A program made the translations under genes and the position numbers. The notes below the pieces were generated by a model that saw only the letters and a list, made by a program, of their open reading frames with translations, made no database searches and was not told where the DNA came from. Source: an uncultured Erythrobacter sp. (GTDB taxonomy: Bacteria > Pseudomonadota > Alphaproteobacteria > Sphingomonadales > Sphingomonadaceae). Taken from it: DNA of 64,000 nucleotides. Numbering within the stretch: position 1 is the stretch's first letter; each line of letters begins with the position of its first letter. The stretch is from NCBI GenBank assembly GCA_937969505.1, contig CALBWA010000010.1, forward strand, positions 11,184 through 75,183. The letters run 5' to 3'. Below are positions 45,793 through 56,859 of this stretch, piece after piece.

Positions 45793-48465
45793 CTAAGCCC
45801 CGACTTTAGTCCGGATTGCTGATCTGACAGCCTCCAGAGCAGCATCACCCTGGCTACCATCGGGGCCTCCGCCCTGCGCCATGTCAGCGCGGCCGCCACC
45901 GCCCTTGCCGCCCAAAGCCTCCACCCCGACCCGCACGAGATCAACCGCGCTGAACTGCTCGGTCAGATCGTCCGTGACACCAACTGCAAAGGCAGCCTTG
46001 CCATCATTGACTGCGCAAATGGCTGCAATTCCTGAGCCAAGGCGTGTCTTTGCCTCGTCGAGGAGGGGGCGCAATTCCTTGGGGTTGAGGCCGTTGATCA
46101 CCTGCCCGCTGAACGCGGTGCCATCAAGATCCTCGTCCGCTGTAGCCGCAGCCGAGCCCCCGGAACCACCGCTCAGTGCCAAGGCCTTTTGCGCCTCCGC
46201 CAATTCCTTTTCCAGCCTGCGCCGTTCATCAAGCAGAGCGGTTATGCGCGCAGGGACTTCCTCTGGCGTTGCCCGGATCGTGCTCGCCGCTTCTTTCAAA
46301 GCGTCCTCACGCCCGACCAGCCACATCCGTGCCGCTTCGCCCGTAAGCGCTTCAATCCGGCGCACACCAGAGCTGACCGCCCCTTCTGAAACGATCCGGA
46401 AAACGCCGATGTCGCCGGTGGCATTCACATGGGTACCGCCGCACAATTCGACCGAGTAATTGCGCCCGGCATCGCCAGCACGGCCCATCGACAGGACCCG
46501 CACTTCGTCGCCGTACTTCTCGCCAAACAAGGCGAGCGCGCCTGCCTCAACTGCGTCGTCTGGGCTCATCAACCGGGTTGAGACCTCGATATTGGCCTGA
46601 ATTTCTGCATTCACCTCAGCCTCGATCGCGGCAATTTCTCCCGCCGACAGTGGTTTGGGATGGGAAAAATCGAACCGCAGCCGTTCCTCTGCAACCAGCG
46701 ACCCCTTTTGCGTCACATGGTTACCCAGCTGATTGCGCAGCGCGGCGTGAACCAGATGGGTTGCCGAATGGTTCGCGCGGATCCGGTCGCGCCGTTCGGC
46801 ATCGACCTGCAGGTGCACGGTTGCACTCTTGCGCAATGTTCCAGCGGCGATCGTGCCTTTCATGGCGTGCAATTTGCCCAATGGCTTGGCAGTTTCGGTG
46901 ATATCGATTTTCAAACCGTCAGCATCGCTGATGGAGCCAGCATCACCCGTCTGCCCGCCTGATTCTCCGTAAAATGGAGTTTGGTTGGTGACCACGGTCA
47001 CTTCATCGCCAGCGCTCGCGCTGTCGACCAGCTGGCCATCCTTGTCGACAATCGCCTGGACAATCCCCTCGCCCGATGTGGCGGTATAGCCGGTAAACTC
47101 GCTTGCGCCTTCTCGCTCGGCAATGTCGAACCACACCCCGTCAGAGGCTGCCTGGCCAGAGCCCTTCCATGCAGCACGGGCCGCTGCTTTCTGGCGATCC
47201 ATCGCGCTGTCAAAGCCAGCCCGATCGACACCTATCCCGCGCGAACGCAGCGCATCCTCGGTCAAATCGTAAGGGAAGCCGTACGTGTCATAGAGCTTGA
47301 AGGCAGTCTCGCCGTCCAGTTCGCCACCATCTCCCAGATCGCTGGTGGCCGTATCAAGCAAACGCAATCCGTTCTTCAGCGTCTTGCGGAATTGGGTTTC
47401 CTCGCGCTCGAGCACTTCCTTGATGAGATCCTGGCCGCGCAACAGTTCCGGGTATGCTTGGCCCATCTCGGTCACCAATGCTGGTACCAGGCGATGCATC
47501 AAAGGCTCATCCGCGCCCAGCAAATGCGCATGCCGCATCGCCCGCCGCATGATGCGACGCAGGACATAACCGCGCCCCTCATTGGAGGGCAGCACCCCGT
47601 CCGCCATCAGGAAACCACTGGACCGCAAATGGTCCGCAATCACCCGGTGGCTGGCCGCATGCTCGCCCTCGGCCTTGACCGAGGTGAGGCTTTCCGATGC
47701 CGCAATGAGCGATTTGAAAGTGTCGGTGTCGTAATTGTCATGCACGCCCTGCATAACCGCTGCGATCCGTTCCAGCCCCATGCCAGTATCGATGGATGGT
47801 TTGGGCAAGGCTTCACGCGAACCATCCGCGCCTTGCTCAAACTGCATGAACACCAAATTCCATATCTCTACGAACCGGTCCCCGTCTTCATCCGGGCTGC
47901 CCGGTGGACCGCCGAAAATATGATCGCCATGGTCATAGAAGATTTCCGAACATGGCCCGCAAGGACCCGTGTCACCCATTGACCAGAAATTGTCGTTGGT
48001 CGGAATACGGATAATACGGTTCTCGGGCAGACCAGAAATCTTCCGCCAGAGATCAAACGCTTCGTCGTCAGTGTGATAAACAGTCGCAGTCAGGCGATCG
48101 GGTGCCAGACCCCATTCGCGGGTCAGCAGTGTCCAGGCATGCAAGATTGCCTGTTCCTTGAAGTAATCCCCGAAAGAGAAATTGCCCAACATCTCGAAAA
48201 ACGTGTGATGCCGCGCGGTATAGCCGACATTATCAAGGTCGTTGTGCTTACCCCCTGCCCTCACGCATTTCTGCGAGCTGGTGGCGCGCGGTGCAGGAGG
48301 GGTTTCAAGGCCGGTAAAGGCATTCTTGAACGGCACCATACCCGCATTGATAAACATCAAGGTCGGATCATTGTAGGGCACCAGGGGCGCGCTCTCCGCC
48401 TCGGCGTGGTCAGCCCCGGCAAAGTAATCCAGAAACGAGCGGCGGATATCATTGGTCGACGTCAT
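45793..48465 (-). CDS. alaS: Alanine--tRNA ligase
   Basis: [18 protein letters not shown], editing motifs HSATHL and ELCGGTH, and C-terminal GGKGGG. Confidence 0.98.
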   Translation of the reverse strand: MTSTNDIRRSFLDYFAGADHAEAESAPLVPYNDPTLMFINAGMVPFKNAFTGLETPPAPRATSSQKCVRAGGKHNDLDNVGYTARHHTFFEMLGNFSFGDYFKEQAILHAWTLLTREWGLAPDRLTATVYHTDDEAFDLWRKISGLPENRIIRIPTNDNFWSMGDTGPCGPCSEIFYDHGDHIFGGPPGSPDEDGDRFVEIWNLVFMQFEQGADGSREALPKPSIDTGMGLERIAAVMQGVHDNYDTDTFKSLIAASESLTSVKAEGEHAASHRVIADHLRSSGFLMADGVLPSNEGRGYVLRRIMRRAMRHAHLLGADEPLMHRLVPALVTEMGQAYPELLRGQDLIKEVLEREETQFRKTLKNGLRLLDTATSDLGDGGELDGETAFKLYDTYGFPYDLTEDALRSRGIGVDRAGFDSAMDRQKAAARAAWKGSGQAASDGVWFDIAEREGASEFTGYTATSGEGIVQAIVDKDGQLVDSASAGDEVTVVTNQTPFYGESGGQTGDAGSISDADGLKIDITETAKPLGKLHAMKGTIAAGTLRKSATVHLQVDAERRDRIRANHSATHLVHAALRNQLGNHVTQKGSLVAEERLRFDFSHPKPLSAGEIAAIEAEVNAEIQANIEVSTRLMSPDDAVEAGALALFGEKYGDEVRVLSMGRAGDAGRNYSVELCGGTHVNATGDIGVFRIVSEGAVSSGVRRIEALTGEAARMWLVGREDALKEAASTIRATPEEVPARITALLDERRRLEKELAEAQKALALSGGSGGSAAATADEDLDGTAFSGQVINGLNPKELRPLLDEAKTRLGSGIAAICAVNDGKAAFAVGVTDDLTEQFSAVDLVRVGVEALGGKGGGGRADMAQGGGPDGSQGDAALEAVRSAIRTKVGA

Positions 48466-48698
48466 GAACAGCAATTAGGCAATCCTGCACTGACCGACAA
48501 GGCGTGATTGGCTTTGAACAGGCCAGAACTGGTCGTGTTTATTCACGCAGCTGGGGATTGATGCGCCAGAAGCACAGATACAGCCGTAATATTGCGCCCC
48601 GATCGCATCGGTATCAGACCAGCATGCCCCCATGTCATCTGATGGAGTGAAGCCCCGTGTCTGCGCACATGAGCATTGCCTGCCCAAGACCCACAACG

Positions 48699-48745
48699 AA
48701 AAGCCGGCGCGGCTTCCCATAGGGATGCTCACGCCGGCGTTCCGT
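48699..48745 (-). terminator. Terminator downstream of recA
   Basis: GCCGGCG pairs with CGCCGGC; TTTT follows on the minus strand. Confidence 0.55.
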
Positions 48746-48779
48746 TCTTTCGGGCAGTCTCGTTATCGCCCGCTTGAGG

Positions 48780-49844
48780 TTATGCGTCAGAGTCCGCGTC
48801 CGGACCTGCCATCATCTCCTCGGCCACCTCGTCGGTGCGGCCGCGGATGGCGGCTTCCAACTTGGCGCAAATTTCGGGGTTTTCCTTCATATAGGTCTTG
48901 GCATTCTCGCGGCCCTGGCCAATCCGAATGCTGTCGTAAGAGAACCAGCTGCCTGACTTCTCGACAATGCCGGCTTTCACCCCAAGATCGATAATCTCGC
49001 CAATCTTGGAAATGCCTTCGCCATACATGATGTCGAATTCGACCTGTTTGAATGGGGGGGCAACCTTGTTCTTGACCACTTTGACACGAGTCGAATTGCC
49101 GATCACTTCATCGCGATCCTTGATCTGGCCGGTCCGGCGGATATCGAGACGAACAGAGGCGTAAAACTTGAGTGCATTACCGCCCGAAGTCACTTCCGGA
49201 TTGCCGTACATCACGCCAATTTTCATCCGCAGCTGGTTGATGAAGATCACCATGCACTTGGAACGGTTGATCGACCCAGTTAGCTTGCGCAGGCTTTGCG
49301 ACATGAGGCGAGCCTGAAGGCCAACATGGGAATCACCCATCTCACCTTCGATTTCCGCCCGCGGAACCAGAGCCGCCACCGAGTCGACCACCAGAATATC
49401 AATCGCATTCGAGCGCACCAGCGTATCGGTGATTTCAAGCGCCTGCTCGCCAGTGTCGGGCTGCGAAATAATCAGCTCATCAATGTCGACGCCCAGCTTC
49501 TTGGCATAAACGGGATCAAGCGCGTGCTCTGCATCCACGAAGGCCGCGGTACCGCCCGCCTTTTGCGCTTCGGCAATAACGTGAAGCGCCAGGGTGGTCT
49601 TGCCCGAACTTTCAGGGCCATAGACTTCGACCACGCGTCCCTTGGGAAGGCCGCCAATGCCCAGCGCAATATCCAGTCCGAGCGAGCCGGTCGAAATTGC
49701 TTCGACATTCATCGCTTCCTTCGAACCCAACTTCATGGCCGAGCCTTTGCCGAATGCCCTGTCGATCTGGGCAAGCGCGGCGTCTAGCGCCTTTTGACGA
49801 TCCACGGATTTTTCCTTTTCTACCAGCTTTAGATTCGTCGCCAT
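48780..49844 (-). CDS. recA: Recombinase RecA
   Basis: [25 protein letters not shown] and [17 protein letters not shown] motifs. Confidence 0.99.
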   Translation of the reverse strand: MATNLKLVEKEKSVDRQKALDAALAQIDRAFGKGSAMKLGSKEAMNVEAISTGSLGLDIALGIGGLPKGRVVEVYGPESSGKTTLALHVIAEAQKAGGTAAFVDAEHALDPVYAKKLGVDIDELIISQPDTGEQALEITDTLVRSNAIDILVVDSVAALVPRAEIEGEMGDSHVGLQARLMSQSLRKLTGSINRSKCMVIFINQLRMKIGVMYGNPEVTSGGNALKFYASVRLDIRRTGQIKDRDEVIGNSTRVKVVKNKVAPPFKQVEFDIMYGEGISKIGEIIDLGVKAGIVEKSGSWFSYDSIRIGQGRENAKTYMKENPEICAKLEAAIRGRTDEVAEEMMAGPDADSDA

Positions 49845-49932
49845 CGCACGGCCTCCTTCGCTTGCATAGGGGCATGACAGAGTTTTAAACTGCCCCCTTG
49901 TTGGAACCCTATGTATCGGGTTTGTTCCACAA

Positions 49933-49947
49933 GAACAAGAGGGGAAC
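49933..49947. promoter_or_regulatory. Alphaproteobacterial LexA (SOS) box
   Basis: GAAC-AAGAGGG-GAAC (GAAC-N7-GAAC) about 90 nt upstream of recA. Confidence 0.88.
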
Positions 49948-50048
49948 GAAAATATTTTTGGCGGCCTTTATCTGAATGTCAGAAAATCTTAGCTGATAGG
50001 CTTACTTGGGGAACTCTGCTGGCTTGAAGCAAGGCTATACGAACGATG

Positions 50049-52529
50049 CTATTGTGCTGCGTCTACCGTAGCTGCACCGCGCAACACCATCGCGACCTTG
50101 TCACCGATTTGCTGCACGCTGAATGGCTTTGGAATAAAATGCATCTTGGGAATGTCGATGTCCTTGCGCAACTGCTCCTCGGCATAGCCGGACATGAAAA
50201 GCACCGGGACATCGGGTTGCAATTCCCGGATTGCTCGCGCCATTGCCGGCCCATCCATTCCGGGCATCACCACATCGCTGACGATCAAATCGAATTTGCC
50301 GCCCTTGATGATTTCGGCGAGGCCCTCTTCACCGTCGCTGCACGCCGTGACAACATAACCTGCCCGGGCCAAGGCGCGCTGGGCAACCGCGCGGACCATA
50401 TCCTCGTCCTCCACCAGCAGGATGCTGCCCCCACCAGACCATTCGCTTGAGGCGGCAGGTGCCGCTGCAACCGGCTTGCGTGGCACCTCCCCCTGATGAA
50501 CAGGCAGATAGACCGTGAACTGGGCCCCGATCGTCCCACTATCGCCATCCTCAACATTGCTGGCGAAGATAAACCCGCCAGACTGCTTGACGATACCATA
50601 AGCGGTCGAGAGGCCCAGTCCGGTCCCCTTGCCCTGCTCTTTAGTTGTGAAGAACGGTTCAAACAGCTTGGGCAAGGCATCGGGCGGGATGCCACCACCA
50701 GTATCCTTGACAATCAGCACGGTGTAATCGGCTGCAGGCAGAATGTCGGACCGCATGTTGGCAACGTCGCGCGCGCTCAGATTGTGTGTCGAAAGAGCAA
50801 TACGCCCTGTGCCATCGCCGTTCGACTGAATGGCATCGCGCGCATTGACCGCCAGGTTCATGATGACCTGTTCCAATTGCTGCGGATCGGCGCGGACGGG
50901 ACCAAGATCGCGATCATGCTGGACGCGGTAGTCAATCTTCTCGCCAAGCAAACGTGTGATCAGGGGCCCAACCTCACTAACCACATCGGGCAGTTGCAAA
51001 ATTTCCGGGCGAAGGGTTTGCTGCCGCGAGAAGGCAAGCAATTGGCGAGTTAGCGCGGCGGCCCGGTTCGAGTTCGCCCGGATTTGCTGAATATCATCAT
51101 AATCGCTGTCGCCCGGCGTATGGCGTAGCAGCATCAGGTCGCAAGTCCCGATAACTGCGGTCAGCACATTGTTGAAGTCATGCGCCACCCCGCCAGCCAA
51201 TTGACCAACAGCCTGCATCTTCGTCGCTTGGGCAACCTGCCGTTTGAGCTGGGTTTCCTCGCTTGAGTCAGACAGGCTGAGCAGCACCGCCGCCTCGCCC
51301 AATCCGCGAACTCCGGCGAGGCCAAGAGACACCGGCTCGTCCGGGCGGCCGGTCATCCGGATCGCCATATCGCCATTGGTGGCAGGACCCCGCCCGTGGC
51401 GGCGCACGGCATCAGACAGAGCGGCCTTGTCCTCGTGGACCACCAGATCGGTCGGAAAAGCGGGCAGCCCTTTGCTCTCTCGCTCTGCCGAACGCAAGAA
51501 GGCATCATTGCAAAACAAGAAGCGCCCGTCCCGATCGGTCATTGCAAGTCCTAAGGGAAGCTGCGCCAGCAAGGCTTCCAGCTGGGCGACACCTGCCTGC
51601 GAAGAACCGTCCCAACCGCCACCAATGCCGACACCGCCATCAACCAGTAGCATCAATGATTGCGCTTCGTCGGGACCTAGCGGGCGAGCACTGTCTGGAT
51701 CATCCAGACCAATGTGGATCAGCGTTTGCGGTGTCCCGCCCCGCCCCTCGCGCGAGAAGAAAATGCGCTCGCGATCATCAGAACGCAGGAAGGAAACAAA
51801 ATCCTGGCCAACCAAAGTTGCCGAGGCATCGCCAGCAGCGCGTTCTGCAAAACCTGCGCTGACGGACTTCACAATGCCATCGGGCGTCGTGATCGCAGCT
51901 TCTATGCCCGCCCGGCTCAGCATTCTTCCAAAGGGTCCGGTGACATCATAACTGGTCAGGCTGTCAGCGATTTCCGGCATAATAGGGGTAAAGCGCCAGA
52001 TCAGGTGATCTTCACCGCGACCGGCACGCCTGGCGTTGATCGTCCAACCTTGAGCGGCCTCGTCATCAGCGCCGAAATCAGTGACTAAGGCCTCTCCATC
52101 ACGCCAGGCCTCACGCGCCAGCCGGGCCAGGACTTCGAGGTCCGAACGGTCAAACGGCAGGTTTGGCGGCGCATTGCTGACCCCAAACCAGTCGACATAA
52201 TTGCCATTGGCGCACGTCAGCCGGTTGGCTCTGTCGGTTATCGCAATGCCAACACCTGGCTGTTCGATTGCTGCAACGGTAACCGACCAGTCAGGCCCAG
52301 CAATTTGATCGCTCTGAGGGGATGCGCGCATTTTCTCGAGAGCCAGTCCAGCGGCTAGCAGGACTGCCGAGCCCAGCACAAAGGCAAGGCCGAGTGCCAT
52401 CTGCCCGCTGGCAAGCCACATGATTGTGCCGCTGGCCAGCATCGCCACCACGATCCCGCCAACCAGCAGGGTCGGACGCATGCTGTCCCCCGCCAGCGTG
52501 GGCATGCTCAATGCACCGTCACGCTTCAT
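50049..52529 (-). CDS. cckA: Hybrid histidine kinase CckA
   Basis: Two N-terminal TM helices, PAS-like regions, GGVAHDFNN H-box, FFTTKEQGKGTGLGL, a receiver domain (SDVVMPGMDG), and position directly upstream of recA. Confidence 0.9.
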   Translation of the reverse strand: MKRDGALSMPTLAGDSMRPTLLVGGIVVAMLASGTIMWLASGQMALGLAFVLGSAVLLAAGLALEKMRASPQSDQIAGPDWSVTVAAIEQPGVGIAITDRANRLTCANGNYVDWFGVSNAPPNLPFDRSDLEVLARLAREAWRDGEALVTDFGADDEAAQGWTINARRAGRGEDHLIWRFTPIMPEIADSLTSYDVTGPFGRMLSRAGIEAAITTPDGIVKSVSAGFAERAAGDASATLVGQDFVSFLRSDDRERIFFSREGRGGTPQTLIHIGLDDPDSARPLGPDEAQSLMLLVDGGVGIGGGWDGSSQAGVAQLEALLAQLPLGLAMTDRDGRFLFCNDAFLRSAERESKGLPAFPTDLVVHEDKAALSDAVRRHGRGPATNGDMAIRMTGRPDEPVSLGLAGVRGLGEAAVLLSLSDSSEETQLKRQVAQATKMQAVGQLAGGVAHDFNNVLTAVIGTCDLMLLRHTPGDSDYDDIQQIRANSNRAAALTRQLLAFSRQQTLRPEILQLPDVVSEVGPLITRLLGEKIDYRVQHDRDLGPVRADPQQLEQVIMNLAVNARDAIQSNGDGTGRIALSTHNLSARDVANMRSDILPAADYTVLIVKDTGGGIPPDALPKLFEPFFTTKEQGKGTGLGLSTAYGIVKQSGGFIFASNVEDGDSGTIGAQFTVYLPVHQGEVPRKPVAAAPAASSEWSGGGSILLVEDEDMVRAVAQRALARAGYVVTACSDGEEGLAEIIKGGKFDLIVSDVVMPGMDGPAMARAIRELQPDVPVLFMSGYAEEQLRKDIDIPKMHFIPKPFSVQQIGDKVAMVLRGAATVDAAQ

Positions 52530-53106
52530 TGGCCTCCAGACGCTTGTCGAGTCGTGCCTCCATAATCCTCAGACGCTTCGCCCGTTTGCGCGAAACGATG
52601 ATGCGCCACATCATGCTGGCAAGCAAATATCCCATGGCGGCCGACACGATAGCCAGTGTGACAAAACCGAAGGCCGTAACCCCTGCCAATTCAAAGAACT
52701 GCGCTAGGACTCCGCGATCATCGACAAATTGACCGGCCGCCTCAGCCCCCATGGCAGCGTCAATGTTCAGCATCAGTTCCCCGACCTGCTTTGCAATGAC
52801 AGCCCAGAAGGGAAAGGTGAACGGATTGGTTACGAAGGTCACCCCGACCGACAGCGGAACATTGGCCCGGGCTGGCAAGGCCAGGAAAGCTGCGAGAAAA
52901 ATCTGACCCAGCGGAACAATGAAAGCTGCGAAAAGGCCAAGGGCGACCCCGCGCGGAACGGAGCGGCGCGTGAAGCGCCACAGTTCGGGAGTCAGGAAAC
53001 GATGAGCAATCGGAGCCAGATATTTATTGCGCGCCAATTCATCCCGCTTGGGCATGAATTTGCGGAGTGTATCCGCCAGCCAGGTCTTGGATTGTCTCAG
53101 TGTCAT
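52519..53106 (-). CDS. DUF2062 membrane protein
   Basis: LWRFTRRSVPRGVALGLF and TFVTNPFT motifs. Confidence 0.85.
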   Translation of the reverse strand: MTLRQSKTWLADTLRKFMPKRDELARNKYLAPIAHRFLTPELWRFTRRSVPRGVALGLFAAFIVPLGQIFLAAFLALPARANVPLSVGVTFVTNPFTFPFWAVIAKQVGELMLNIDAAMGAEAAGQFVDDRGVLAQFFELAGVTAFGFVTLAIVSAAMGYLLASMMWRIIVSRKRAKRLRIMEARLDKRLEANEA

Positions 53107-53224
53107 GACGCAACCAGCGCCTTGCTCGCCACAGGGCGCTTGTGCAAGTCAAACCGGACAATTTTCGGCGAATTGGGCATCACAATCGATATGGGTAGCA
53201 TGCACTCCCTGACCAAGGGGTGAA

Positions 53225-53707
53225 TCAGCGATTTTCGCGCATCAATCGCGCCTTGTCGCGTTTCCAATCGCGTTCCTTGATTGATTGGCGCTTGTCATGG
53301 GCCTGCTTGCCCTTGGCCAGGGCGAGCTCAACCTTCGCTCGCCCTTGCCCGTTGAAGTAAATCGACAGCGGCACCAGCGTCATGCCCTTGCGATCAACAG
53401 CGCCGAAAAGCCGGTCAATCTCGCGCCCATGCAGCAACAATTTGCGCGGTCTGCGCGGCTCGTGATTGTTGCGATTGCCGTGACTGAATTCGGGAATGTT
53501 AGCATTGATCAGCCACACCTGACCATCGCGCACTTCGGCATAGCTTTCGGCGATGCTGGCCTCGCCTGCGCGCAGGGCCTTCACCTCGGTTCCCTGCAGG
53601 GCCAGTCCCGCCTCGAACTTGTCTTCGATGGAATAGTCGAACCGAGCCCGGCGATTTTCCGCCACGCTTCTCTGCTTGTCAAAGGTTTTGGGTTTGGGAC
53701 GGGCCAT
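53225..53707 (-). CDS. smpB: SsrA-binding protein
   Basis: [32 protein letters not shown] and IKERDW motifs. Confidence 0.97.
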   Translation of the reverse strand: MARPKPKTFDKQRSVAENRRARFDYSIEDKFEAGLALQGTEVKALRAGEASIAESYAEVRDGQVWLINANIPEFSHGNRNNHEPRRPRKLLLHGREIDRLFGAVDRKGMTLVPLSIYFNGQGRAKVELALAKGKQAHDKRQSIKERDWKRDKARLMRENR

Positions 53708-53880
53708 GATGCAAGCGCCTCTACGCAATCGCGCTGCAAATGAAAAGACGCGCGGCTGCTGACGTTTCGGAAACCCGAATGCCACCAAACTTTGGCAACC
53801 CTATTGTCTAGAGAAAAAGAATAAGGCAGCATCATATTCGGCGCTCTAGGGATCGGCGCCAATGAATTTGGGGACGCGAT

Positions 53881-55869
53881 ATGATTTCATCAAAAGTTTT
53901 ATTGGCGGCAGCCAGTGCAAGCGCACTGGCCATGGGTGTGACTACCGCACTTGCGGCCCCGGCTGCGCCGGCCAGCAGCAATGCAGTTATGCAGGACATG
54001 CCCCCATTGTCCGCATATGGAGAGCTGCCCAGCATTGAAGATGCTGCAATCTCGCCATCGGGACAATTCTTTGCAGCGCTGGTTACGGTGGATGGCAAGC
54101 GCCTGCTGGTTGCCTTCGACCAGAACAACAAGCCGATCTCCTCGACAAATGTCGACACGATGAAGGTTCGCTCGTTCGAATGGGTTGGCGATGATCGTCT
54201 GTTACTCACCTACAGTATCACCGAAAATCTCGGCTATTCTTTCACGACGGACAAGCATGAATTTGACGTCGCCACCATTATTCCGATGAACAACAGTCTA
54301 AACGGCAAGGTGGTCTTTTCAAACCGCCAAGGTCTGGTCAATGCTGTTTTCGGGAATTACGGTATTCGCAAGATCGACGGACGATGGTACGGTTTTTTCG
54401 GCGCGCTTGAGCTCGCCAGGGGAACGCGCAACGAATATGTCTTCAAGCACGGTCGCCCCTACCTCTATCGCGTCGATCTTCAGGATTACACCACCAAACG
54501 GATTGCGCTGGCAGCAGACGACGGGCAGCGCAGCGACTGGCTGGTGGACGCCCGCGGCGAGGTTGCGGTCAGTTACGAGTTTGATCGCGAACGAGGCGAT
54601 TGGTTCATCCGCAATGCCGATGGAGACAAGATTGCGCAGGGGAAATCACCTGAAGGCAGAATCGGCCTGGTTGGCCTTGGCTCTGGTGGTCAATCGGTAA
54701 TCTACTCACTTGGATCGTCTGGCGAGGGATCGTCATGGCTTGAAGTGCCTCTTAGCGGTGGCACATCGAAGCCTTTTTTAGAGGATGTCGATGTCGAGCG
54801 GGTCTTTTTCGATCGGGCCACAGGATATTATACCGGCTATCTGCCCGAAGGGGATGATTCCAAACCGGTGTTTGCAAATCCTGCCCATGGCGATGCTGTC
54901 ACAAAAGTGCGCCAGGCGTTCAAGGATTACGATCTGCGGATGGTCAACTGGAGCAATGACCTTAGCAAAATGGTGGTTCGGACAACCGGCGTAAAAGACA
55001 GCGGGACATGGTTTTCGGTCGATGTCGAGAATCTCGCAGCCAAGGCATTTGGTTATGAACGCATGGCGGTCGAGCCGAGGCACGTAGGACCGTTTTCGAC
55101 GTTCGAATACACCGCCTCTGACGGAATGGAGATGGACGGCATCCTGACCCTTCCCCCGGGCCGCGAACCGACGAATCTGCCGCTGGTGATGATGCCCCAT
55201 GGCGGCCCGCACAGTTCGGACAAGGAGCGGTTCGATTGGTGGGCCCAAGCGTTTGCTTCGCGCGGCTATGCCGTGTTCCAGCCGAATTTCCGTGGCTCGA
55301 CCAATCGCGATTATGACTTTCGCCGGGCGGGCTATGGCGAGTGGGGTCGCAAGATGCAGACTGATAAATCGGATGGGTTGGCAGCGCTGGCAGAGGCCGG
55401 GATCATCGATCCCAACCGTGCGTGTATCGTCGGTGCAAGCTATGGTGGTTATGCCGCCCTAGCCGGCGTGACATTGCAGCAAGGTATCTACAAATGTGCT
55501 GTTGCGGTCGCCCCAGTATCGGACATCAGGCGAATGTATGACGAAGATTACAAGGCATCGGGCAAGCGCAAGGTCACCCGCACGGTGATGCTTGAACGGT
55601 TGGGCGATCCTGACGGATGGAACAATGTGTCACCTGAACGACATGCGGCAAACGCCGATGCACCGATCATGCTAATTCATGGCAAGGACGATACTGTCGT
55701 CCCCTTTGTTCACTCATTCAAGATGGCAGATGCTCTCAAGGATGAGGGCAAGCCCTATGAAATGATCACTCTGGAAGGCGAGGATCATTGGCTGTCGCTT
55801 TCCGAAACGCGGCACAAAATGTTGGCAGCATCAGTGGGCTTCGTACAGAAGCATAATCCTGCCGACTAA
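53881..55869 (+). CDS. Secreted S9 (prolyl oligopeptidase) family peptidase
   Basis: Signal peptide, propeller-like N-terminal region, PHGGP, nucleophile GASYGG, HGKDD and EDH motifs. Confidence 0.9.
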   Translation: MISSKVLLAAASASALAMGVTTALAAPAAPASSNAVMQDMPPLSAYGELPSIEDAAISPSGQFFAALVTVDGKRLLVAFDQNNKPISSTNVDTMKVRSFEWVGDDRLLLTYSITENLGYSFTTDKHEFDVATIIPMNNSLNGKVVFSNRQGLVNAVFGNYGIRKIDGRWYGFFGALELARGTRNEYVFKHGRPYLYRVDLQDYTTKRIALAADDGQRSDWLVDARGEVAVSYEFDRERGDWFIRNADGDKIAQGKSPEGRIGLVGLGSGGQSVIYSLGSSGEGSSWLEVPLSGGTSKPFLEDVDVERVFFDRATGYYTGYLPEGDDSKPVFANPAHGDAVTKVRQAFKDYDLRMVNWSNDLSKMVVRTTGVKDSGTWFSVDVENLAAKAFGYERMAVEPRHVGPFSTFEYTASDGMEMDGILTLPPGREPTNLPLVMMPHGGPHSSDKERFDWWAQAFASRGYAVFQPNFRGSTNRDYDFRRAGYGEWGRKMQTDKSDGLAALAEAGIIDPNRACIVGASYGGYAALAGVTLQQGIYKCAVAVAPVSDIRRMYDEDYKASGKRKVTRTVMLERLGDPDGWNNVSPERHAANADAPIMLIHGKDDTVVPFVHSFKMADALKDEGKPYEMITLEGEDHWLSLSETRHKMLAASVGFVQKHNPAD

Positions 55870-55873
55870 ACGC

Positions 55874-56755
55874 TTACACCAACCCGGCGAACTCCAACGC
55901 CTTGTCGACCGCCTCACGCGAAGGCTCGCTGGCAGCAACAATCGGCAGGCGCACGTCAGGTTCAACATAGTCCAGTACCCGGCTCAATGCGTATTTCACT
56001 GGTGCTGGGCTTGCATCGGAGAACATGGCGTAATGCAACGGGAACAGCCGGTCATTGAGCTCGCGCGCTTTGGCCAGTTCATTGGCGGCAATCGCCGCCT
56101 GAAATTCTGCGCATAGCGCTGGCGCGACATTGGCAGTGACCGATATCGCCCCCTTCCCGCCAGCTGCATTGTGCGGCAACCACAGCTCGTCATTGCCAGA
56201 CAGCTGGCAGAAGTCCTTGCTCAACCCCATTCTGTGGTCAGCCACGCGGGACAGATCGCCGCTAGCATCCTTGATCGCAATGATCCGGTCAGGATATTTG
56301 CTCGCCAGCTCTACAACGGTTTCGTCTTCAATGTCGGTAACGGTGCGGCTCGGCACATTGTAGAGCACGATTGGCAGATCGCTGTTTTCGGCCAGATAGC
56401 TGAAATGCGCGATCAGGCCAGCCTGGCTCGGCCTGTTGTAATAAGGTGCGACGCACAGTCCGGCAGATGCGCCGGCTTTTTTCGAAAAGTTCATGTGCAA
56501 CAAGGCGTTCTGGGTGTCATTTGACCCGCACCCGGCGATGATCGGCACCCGTCCGGCGGCCTGTTCAATGCAGACTTCGATGACCCGGTGGTGTTCGGCA
56601 TTGGAAAGCGTCGAAGCCTCTCCCGTCGTTCCGCAAGGCACCAGCGCCGCGCTGCCCTGCTCGATTTGCCAGTCCACCAGACGCCGAAAGGCGCTCTCAT
56701 CGAACGCTCCGTCGCGAAAAGGAGTCACCAGAGCGGGAATTGATCCGCTGAACAT
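55874..56755 (-). CDS. dapA: 4-hydroxy-tetrahydrodipicolinate synthase
   Basis: GTTGE, APYYNRP, LYNVPSRT and IKDASG motifs. Confidence 0.96.
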   Translation of the reverse strand: MFSGSIPALVTPFRDGAFDESAFRRLVDWQIEQGSAALVPCGTTGEASTLSNAEHHRVIEVCIEQAAGRVPIIAGCGSNDTQNALLHMNFSKKAGASAGLCVAPYYNRPSQAGLIAHFSYLAENSDLPIVLYNVPSRTVTDIEDETVVELASKYPDRIIAIKDASGDLSRVADHRMGLSKDFCQLSGNDELWLPHNAAGGKGAISVTANVAPALCAEFQAAIAANELAKARELNDRLFPLHYAMFSDASPAPVKYALSRVLDYVEPDVRLPIVAASEPSREAVDKALEFAGLV

Positions 56756-56859
56756 TGCAGTTTGACCTTTCTATGCCCAAATTCCGCAAGGAAATCTGGG
56801 GTTCACCCCGATGGGATATCGCACTTCATTCAGCGCCTGATAAGGAGCCCACGCATATT

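Noticed and set aside
48475-48732. Cys-rich 85-aa ORF between recA and alaS
   Set aside because: It starts inside the recA terminator hairpin and has no SD, signal peptide or recognisable motif.
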